This document shows positions 63,727 to 64,000 of a stretch of DNA of 64,000 bases, piece after piece. The stretch lies in IMG/VR virus record IMGVR_UViG_3300016665_000824, positions 1 to 64,000 of that record, one strand, 5' to 3'. Position 1 is the stretch's first letter. Each line of letters starts with the position of its first letter. Both the position numbers and the translations under genes were made by a program. The notes under the pieces are model-generated. The model had not been told where the DNA came from, made no database searches, and saw only the letters and a program-made list of their open reading frames with translations. The DNA is from a virus.

Positions 63727-64000
63727 ATGTCTGAATACTATTTATACGGCGATCGCGAAGGTAATGCTCTTGATCGGTTAAAAGCTTCTCGCCCTCAGCT
63801 AATCAATAAGCTTTACTACTGGGCTGGCAAACGGCTTGACTATCGGGTTAAGCATTCGCTTATGGCGGAGCAGGATGTTTCCAAGCAGGTTGATCGATAT
63901 CTAGAGGCGATTGCATTTGCTTCGTCGGAAAAGGATCTGCTAAACACGCTCAACAGTTGGAACCTCCTGTCACCTCAAGAGAAGGCGATTATGGCAAAGC
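63727..64000 (+). CDS. hypothetical protein, 5' partial (runs off window end)
   Basis: ATG 63727, open frame to the window edge; absent from track because no stop codon. Confidence 0.4.
   Translation, partial: MSEYYLYGDREGNALDRLKASRPQLINKLYYWAGKRLDYRVKHSLMAEQDVSKQVDRYLEAIAFASSEKDLLNTLNSWNLLSPQEKAIMAK

Noticed and set aside
1-64000. CRISPR array, rRNA, tmRNA, insertion sequence or integron attC sites
   Set aside because: No spaced direct repeats of CRISPR type, no rRNA-like conserved stretches, no transposase/integrase-sized ORF with recognisable motifs; the many GCGATCGC copies are dispersed HIP1 palindromes, not an array.

Overview
The window reads as one contiguous piece of a tailed dsDNA bacteriophage (or prophage) of a cyanobacterium; almost every gene is an ORFan that I cannot name from sequence alone. 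Layout: (i) 1-24.9 kb, about 70 small co-directional + strand ORFs, tightly packed with overlapping stop/start codons (ATGA, TAATG), typical of a phage early/accessory region; (ii) 24.9-59.8 kb, one long minus-strand virion operon running from a putative prohead protease/scaffold and major capsid gene, through small head-tail joining genes, a 2811-aa tape-measure-like protein, to tail/baseplate genes and a tail fibre with a collagen-like tract and a C-terminal LamG/ConA-like domain; (iii) 59.9-64 kb, regulators (XRE-like HTH, HicB-like, ParB-like/degenerate methyltransferase-like, Rha-like). The cyanobacterial assignment rests on the palindrome GCGATCGC (HIP1), which occurs roughly every 300-500 bp by eye where about one copy is expected by chance. 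I found no rRNA, tRNA, CRISPR array, transposase, integrase, terminase, portal, DNA polymerase or lysis gene, so the replicon must extend beyond the window. The most unusual content is an 8.7-kb island (45.8-54.5 kb) inside the virion operon: six genes whose products repeatedly reuse a short cysteine motif followed by a Gly/Ala-rich hydrophobic helix, sitting where tail chaperones normally lie. Other points of interest are a recurring CCACAAA-N4-CCACAAA motif in three control regions, an opposite-strand moron gene inside the tail module, two HicB-like small proteins, two secreted Cys-containing small proteins and a tandem paralogue array. All coordinates come from manual indexing; motif positions may be off by a few nt. 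Functional calls are from motif recognition by eye, not database searches.
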